40,275 bases of DNA. It comes from a virus (Duplodnaviria > Caudoviricetes). Each line of letters begins with the position of its first letter. The stretch's first letter is position 1. The DNA is taken from the IMG/VR virus record IMGVR_UViG_3300024232_000030, positions 1 through 40,275 of that record; one strand, 5' to 3'. Below, one piece after another: positions 35,459 through 40,275 of this stretch. Below the pieces are notes generated by a model, which was given only the letters and a program-made list of their open reading frames with translations, searched no databases and was not told the DNA's origin. Both the position numbers and the translations under genes were made by a program.

Positions 35459-36508
35459 ATGAACTTCGATACACTTCGCAATACAGCGACAAACGCGAAG
35501 AGCCCGATCGCCGGAGCGCTCCTTCGCAGCTTGCAGGAGACAGGGGATATTTCGATTCCCTCACTCCGTGCACTCTCTCCCCTGAGTGACAAAGCTCAGG
35601 TGCTCGTCGATCAGGCCGTGGTTGAAGTGGGACTTGAACGTCTCACGTTCGCCGCGGACCTGATGGCCGAGGGCCTGACGTACGATCTCCCCGATCCCAT
35701 GTCCGTGACGCAACTCGAATGGGAGGACATCGGGAAGACGGGCGGCGCGCAACGCACGATGAGTCCTTCGGCTCGCGGAGAGAATCAGCTCCCGAACCGT
35801 ACGATTCATCGCCTTCCGATCTACCTCACGACTGATGACTTCTCGCTCGGCATCAGGACGCTCAAGATGTCGCAGCGCGTCGGGCAGCCGCTCGACCTCA
35901 CGCTCGTGAAGCAGGCAACGCGCCGTGTGAACGAGGCGATCGAGGATGCGGCGATCAACGGTGCGAGCACGGTCGACGGCTTCGCACTGCAGGTCGGCGG
36001 GTACGCAGCGCCTGGGCTCCTGAATGCCCCAAGCGCAAACGTGCAAAGCTTGTCAGTTGACTGGACCGGCGCGAACACGGTGGGCACCACCGGTCCGGCG
36101 ATGGTGAATGACGTGCTGGCAGCAATCGGCAAGGCACAGGCGGATAAGAAGTACGGTCCTTACAACCTGTACCTCGGCACGAACGCAGGGAACCTGATCG
36201 AAGGCGACTTCAAGGTCAACACGACGAACACAATTCGTCAGCGACTTGAAGCGATCACCGCCGGCGGTCGTCCGATCCGCATTCGCGTTGCGGATATGTT
36301 CCCGAACACAAGCACTGGAACGCAGTTCGCACTCGTGCAGATGACGAGTGACGTTGTCGAAATGGTCACTGGGCAGGCTCCAACAGTCATCCCCTGGACC
36401 AGCATCGACGGCTTCACCCTCTACTGGCTCGTGCTCGCGATCATGGTCCAGCGCGTGCGTGCAGATCAGGACGCGAACTCGGGAATCGTGCTCGGAGTGA
36501 AGAGCTAG
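35459..36508 (+). CDS. major capsid protein (HK97 fold, encapsulin-like family)
   Basis: DxAVVEV..RL..ADL, LPI..DF...R.L..S and YGPY.LY motifs; gene position. Confidence 0.85.
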   Translation: MNFDTLRNTATNAKSPIAGALLRSLQETGDISIPSLRALSPLSDKAQVLVDQAVVEVGLERLTFAADLMAEGLTYDLPDPMSVTQLEWEDIGKTGGAQRTMSPSARGENQLPNRTIHRLPIYLTTDDFSLGIRTLKMSQRVGQPLDLTLVKQATRRVNEAIEDAAINGASTVDGFALQVGGYAAPGLLNAPSANVQSLSVDWTGANTVGTTGPAMVNDVLAAIGKAQADKKYGPYNLYLGTNAGNLIEGDFKVNTTNTIRQRLEAITAGGRPIRIRVADMFPNTSTGTQFALVQMTSDVVEMVTGQAPTVIPWTSIDGFTLYWLVLAIMVQRVRADQDANSGIVLGVKS

Positions 36509-36545
36509 GCGGCTTCGCCCAAGCACACAAGCGGAACGTAAGTGG

Positions 36546-36575
36546 AGGTAGGAGCGCAGGCTCCTACTTCTTTCC
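36546..36575 (+). terminator. rho-independent terminator after MCP
   Basis: AGGTAGGAGC-GCAG-GCTCCTACTT plus pyrimidine tail. Confidence 0.6.
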
Positions 36576-36592
36576 TCTTAGGAGAACGAACA

Positions 36593-37015
36593 ATGGCAGA
36601 CGCAAAAGACGCACCGGTTCCTTCCGGCGCCACTCCTTCTCAGGGTCCAGGCGACGCGAAGGCAGAGGTCACGGGAAATCCGAACGCGAACGTTCCGGGA
36701 AAGCCCGAGACGCAGGGCGGACCGGATAAGAATCCTCCGCCGGGCAGCATGAACAACCCGATCCCTCAGCAGATTCCGAAGGGCAACACCCCTCAGCACA
36801 AGGTCACGGAGTTCGCAGGGAATCCTGGCGGTTCCTTTCAAGCGACCGGGGATTTCGGCGACACGCCCGGAACCGTAACGGCTGACGGGCAGCCAGTGCA
36901 GGTTGCTCGGTGGAGCGCCAACAGCATCAAGGGAACGCTGCCGGCATCCTACAAGCGCGGTGGCACCGTGCAGATCAAGACCGCGTCCGGACACACGATC
37001 GATCACAAGTACTGA
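36593..37015 (+). CDS. Pro-rich protein with C-terminal IPT/TIG (Ig-like) domain
   Basis: G..FG..PGTVT..G..V..WS.NSI..TLP..G.V.I.T pattern. Confidence 0.65.
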   Translation: MADAKDAPVPSGATPSQGPGDAKAEVTGNPNANVPGKPETQGGPDKNPPPGSMNNPIPQQIPKGNTPQHKVTEFAGNPGGSFQATGDFGDTPGTVTADGQPVQVARWSANSIKGTLPASYKRGGTVQIKTASGHTIDHKY

Positions 37016-37040
37016 GCGCAGGGCGCAGCGCAAGCGCACA

Positions 37041-37070
37041 GGGGAGGTGTGCAGAGCACCTCCTCCTTTT
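37041..37070 (+). terminator. rho-independent terminator-like hairpin
   Basis: GGAGGTG...CACCTCC followed by TCCTTTT. Confidence 0.5.
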
Positions 37071-37081
37071 CGAGGAGAAGC

Positions 37082-37570
37082 ATGCTCACTTTCACTTCCT
37101 TCAACAATCCCTTCCGCAGTGTTGCGCTGCGAACGATGTTCTCTAAAGGAGATACGTTCGAGAACGACCTGCTGAAGCTGATTTTCAATGCCACGGCAAT
37201 TGCGAACATCGCAGACAATGCCGCGACGTCACCGATCACGAATATCGGGGTCTCCCTCCACACTGCGGATCCTGGCGAGACGGGAACGCAGACCACGAGT
37301 GAGACGTCGTACACCTCTTACGCACGCGTAGCGGTTGCCCGGACAAGCGGTGGGTGGACGGTTACGAACAACAGTACGTCGCCCGTTGCCAACATCGACT
37401 TCCCACAGTGCACGGGCGGTTCGGCCACGATCACGCATTGCGGGTTTGGCACGAACACCACGACCGGTGCAGGAAAGCTCTTGTACAGCGGAACGGTCAC
37501 TCCGAACATCAGCGTGAGCAACGGCGTCACGCCGCGCCTCACGACCGCCACGACAATCACCGAGGACTAA
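37082..37570 (+). CDS. virion structural protein (tail-fibre-associated type)
   Basis: FENDLLKLIFN, VSLHTADPG, YARVAV and IDFPQCT motifs. Confidence 0.7.
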   Translation: MLTFTSFNNPFRSVALRTMFSKGDTFENDLLKLIFNATAIANIADNAATSPITNIGVSLHTADPGETGTQTTSETSYTSYARVAVARTSGGWTVTNNSTSPVANIDFPQCTGGSATITHCGFGTNTTTGAGKLLYSGTVTPNISVSNGVTPRLTTATTITED

Positions 37571-37577
37571 CGCACAC

Positions 37578-38285
37578 ATGCTGCTGCTGGCTGCTCCTAC
37601 GTACGACGGAAGGCGCTTCAACTCCACTGCGATTGCCCTGGGCATCATTCACAGCAGGGAGCCTGTGCTTCTCCGTGACGAACCGAGCAGCCTGCTAGCA
37701 GCAAACGTTAATGCCGCGTGGTGCCAGATGCTTAACCTTCGCGGAAAGAAGGACATCACGCACTTCCTCCTTCTGCATGCAGATGTAGATCTACAGCACG
37801 AACCGCAGTGGATCAACATCCTGCTCGATGAGATGCAGTACGTTGGTGCAGATGTCCTCGCAGCGGTCATTCCTCTGAAAGATGCCACAGGCATCACGAG
37901 CACTGCGATCGAGGGAGAGAGCCTTTGGGCGCCACGGCGCTTCACGCTCCGGGAGATCTACTCGGAGAAACCTGCAACGTGGACCGAGCCGGGCCTGCTT
38001 ATCAACACCGGCTGCATGCTCGTGGACGTTCGAGCACCGTGGGTCGAGGACATCTGCTTCACGATCAAGGACGATATCATTCGTGATGCACGAGGACGCT
38101 TTCAACATGTCGTTGAAGGCGAGGATTGGAACTTCTCGAGGCAGTGTCATGAAAAGTCCTTGCGGGTGTTCGCAACAAGGAAAATCCCGATCGACCACGT
38201 CGACGGGCACACGCGCTACTCGAACACAAGCGCGTGGGGTACGTGGACGACTGACGAGAAGAACAGGGAGGCAGCACATGTCTGA
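37578..38285 (+). CDS. GT-A fold glycosyltransferase-like protein
   Basis: THFLLLHADV (DxD-like), TGCMLV and EDWNFS motifs. Confidence 0.7.
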   Translation: MLLLAAPTYDGRRFNSTAIALGIIHSREPVLLRDEPSSLLAANVNAAWCQMLNLRGKKDITHFLLLHADVDLQHEPQWINILLDEMQYVGADVLAAVIPLKDATGITSTAIEGESLWAPRRFTLREIYSEKPATWTEPGLLINTGCMLVDVRAPWVEDICFTIKDDIIRDARGRFQHVVEGEDWNFSRQCHEKSLRVFATRKIPIDHVDGHTRYSNTSAWGTWTTDEKNREAAHV

Positions 38286-38562
38286 GAACGGTCAAGAAGC
38301 ATCTGAACCGCGGATCGCCGAAGCAGCTGGTTCAGTGTCGACTTCAAGCGGGTTTGGAAAGCAGACGAATCGTGCACGGCAGATGGAGAAGGCAATGGTC
38401 GCCGCCATCAACTACTTGCAGGGCAAAGGCGTCTCGATGAGCGACGACACCGCAGGGCTCTATCGAGAGTTTCAACTCCGTGCACGGAACGCCGCAGGCA
38501 AGAACGAGACGGTGAACTTCGATGAGATGTATGAGGAACTCGGACCGAAGAACAAGGAGTAA
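38278..38562 (+). CDS. hypothetical protein
   Basis: Start MSENG behind GGAGG. Confidence 0.6.
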   Translation: MSENGQEASEPRIAEAAGSVSTSSGFGKQTNRARQMEKAMVAAINYLQGKGVSMSDDTAGLYREFQLRARNAAGKNETVNFDEMYEELGPKNKE

Positions 38563-38566
38563 CACA

Positions 38567-40111
38567 ATGCGAAATTTACGCTGCATCGTTTTCACACTTG
38601 CGCTGGTTTTCGGTGCAGCGTTCAGCGCATTTGCGCAGCCGCAAGCACCGGTTGTACGCACGCCGACGCCGCGTTCATTGGTTGCTGGTCAAACTTTTAC
38701 GATCATGTGGGACGCGAATGCTGATCTTGTGACCGGTTATCGTGTTTCGATCGGGACTGTCAGTCATGTGTATACGATCACGGCTGATGTTCCTGCAAAC
38801 GTGACGCAATATCAGTATACGGCGACGGCGAACGCGACATACTTTGTAGCAGTGCAAGCCTTGCGGAATGCAGAAATTAGTAATTACTCTGCCGAAGCAC
38901 ATACGGCGTCCGTTCCTGCATCTCCGGATTGTAGTTTTGTGCCGCCGCTGCAGACTGTCGTTGATGATGTTGGCACAACGTGGAGTCTAGGCACATCATT
39001 GACCGGTCCGAATAACTCATTCGCGATCATGGCGAAGCCTGAAGGTGCGGCGTCTCCATCTCAAATTCCGAACACATACGGCCGGAAGATCGGTTGGATT
39101 ACAGGCGGGTTATACATCATCGGAGATGACCCTACGGACATCTGGTATAAGTGGAACGGGACGACATTTACAAATGTTGCAGCTCCGGCCGGATGCACCG
39201 TTCCGCCGCCGTGCACATATACGCTCGGTTCGCCGGCAAGTACGATTGCTGCGAACGGCGGTAGCACGACAGTTCCGGTGACGGTCAATATTTCAACGTG
39301 TGTTTCAACAACATCAACGTCACAGAATTGGTTGCAAGCCGCGCCAGCTTCAGCAACTGGGAACTTCTCTGCAACGGTTACGGCTACTGCAAATCTGAAT
39401 ACTGCGCAGAGAACGGCGGATCTAATTGTTAGTGGTGTGCGAAGAACAATCACACAGCTAGGTTCGACAGCCCCACCGCCGTGCACGTTTTCAATTAGTC
39501 CACCGTCCGGAACTATTCCGGCAGCAGGCGGCACGGTAACAAGTCCGGTTGTTGCGTCGGATACAACGTGCAATGCGGCACCGACATCGAATCAACCGTG
39601 GATGACCGTGTCTCCGCCTACGGCTGTTGGTAACTTCGTCTTAGCGGCAACAGCTACGGCAAATACGGCACCGTCTGTAAGATCAGCGACAGCTACGGTC
39701 GGTAATGCATCAGTTGTTGTGACGCAAGCAGCAGCAACGACGTCAGTATGTCAAACTGCAATTCCTGCAATTACAATTCCGAGTAAAGGCTGGGATACTC
39801 GGATTAGTAAATCGGCGGATCCCGGCGGCTCGGTTCAGTTTTCAATTCGTTTCACGAATCCGGCTGTGCTCGGATCAACGGTGCCGCCGCCACGACGAAT
39901 CACAACAGTTGAAGCGCAATTGCAACAAAATGGCGTTGCGATCTTCAAGACGTTTATTCAAGTGCAGCCGACAAGCGACAGCTTGATCAAGCTGACCGGC
40001 TTGACGTATACCGGCACGACGATCGGACGGTATGACCTTCGAGTCATTGCAACAGATGAATCCGGCTGTGTTGGCAAGACGGCGACAACGCGTAACGTAG
40101 ATATTCAGTAA
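38567..40111 (+). CDS. secreted FN3 plus two BACON-domain protein
   Basis: Sec signal ending AFA-Q; FN3 WD..GYRV..Y..Y.VAV.A..S.YS; two CT...GG...C...W...AN...RxA...V.Q units. Confidence 0.8.
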   Translation: MRNLRCIVFTLALVFGAAFSAFAQPQAPVVRTPTPRSLVAGQTFTIMWDANADLVTGYRVSIGTVSHVYTITADVPANVTQYQYTATANATYFVAVQALRNAEISNYSAEAHTASVPASPDCSFVPPLQTVVDDVGTTWSLGTSLTGPNNSFAIMAKPEGAASPSQIPNTYGRKIGWITGGLYIIGDDPTDIWYKWNGTTFTNVAAPAGCTVPPPCTYTLGSPASTIAANGGSTTVPVTVNISTCVSTTSTSQNWLQAAPASATGNFSATVTATANLNTAQRTADLIVSGVRRTITQLGSTAPPPCTFSISPPSGTIPAAGGTVTSPVVASDTTCNAAPTSNQPWMTVSPPTAVGNFVLAATATANTAPSVRSATATVGNASVVVTQAAATTSVCQTAIPAITIPSKGWDTRISKSADPGGSVQFSIRFTNPAVLGSTVPPPRRITTVEAQLQQNGVAIFKTFIQVQPTSDSLIKLTGLTYTGTTIGRYDLRVIATDESGCVGKTATTRNVDIQ

Positions 40112-40113
40112 CG

Positions 40114-40275
40114 ATGTGGTCTGCGGCGACAGCGAAAAAATCATGGATTACACGTCGCGCTCGATACGGTGTAACCGGAACTCGGTTATCGGAACTGTGT
40201 CAAAAGCAATTGCATCCGATGACACCGGAAAACACGATCGTTTCGAAATCCGGTGAGAAAACATATCGCCGGTGT
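40114..40275 (+). CDS. partial ORF with HNH-associated zinc-finger-like motif
   Basis: Hand translation MWSAATAKKSWITRRARYGVTG..LCQKQLHPMTPENT..RRC; runs off the edge. Confidence 0.5.
   Translation, partial: MWSAATAKKSWITRRARYGVTGTRLSELCQKQLHPMTPENTIVSKSGEKTYRRC

Noticed and set aside
35459-36508. Cellular encapsulin or bacteriocin
   Set aside because: Sits in a terminase-portal-protease-decoration operon, so it is the phage capsid protein
1-40275. tRNA genes or stop-codon reassignment
   Set aside because: No cloverleaf recognised by eye; TAA, TAG and TGA all terminate intact conserved genes

Overview
A 40 kb segment of a GC-rich tailed dsDNA phage genome with two arms diverging from a non-coding block at about 23.2-23.6 kb. 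The leftward arm (minus strand, 1-23128) carries a compact type IB topoisomerase, many small orphans and a candidate replication origin (16.3-16.7 kb). It also carries a SLOG/MoCo-carrier-like protein, 7-deazaguanine genes queC and queD, a Cas4-like exonuclease/Sak4/DUF669 recombination module and three NTP pyrophosphohydrolases. The rightward arm (plus strand) has early orphans, TerS, a GIY-YIG gene, a PBSX-type TerL, a Tat-signal peptide, a papain-like peptidase and a DUF1073 portal. After the portal come an Alt-like ADP-ribosyltransferase, a DUF2213 protease-scaffold polyprotein, decoration and major capsid proteins, a glycosyltransferase and a secreted FN3-BACON protein. The most unusual signals are: (1) a dispersed family of C-GAA-G mini-hairpins, many abutting stop codons; (2) a recurring (R/K)-A/V-A/L motif at domain borders of head proteins, suggesting protease-processed, capsid-loaded ADP-ribosyltransferase cargo; (3) a stand-alone phage TopIB; (4) Que genes combined with triple nucleotide-pool editing. 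All family calls are from motif recognition by eye; no database searches were run.
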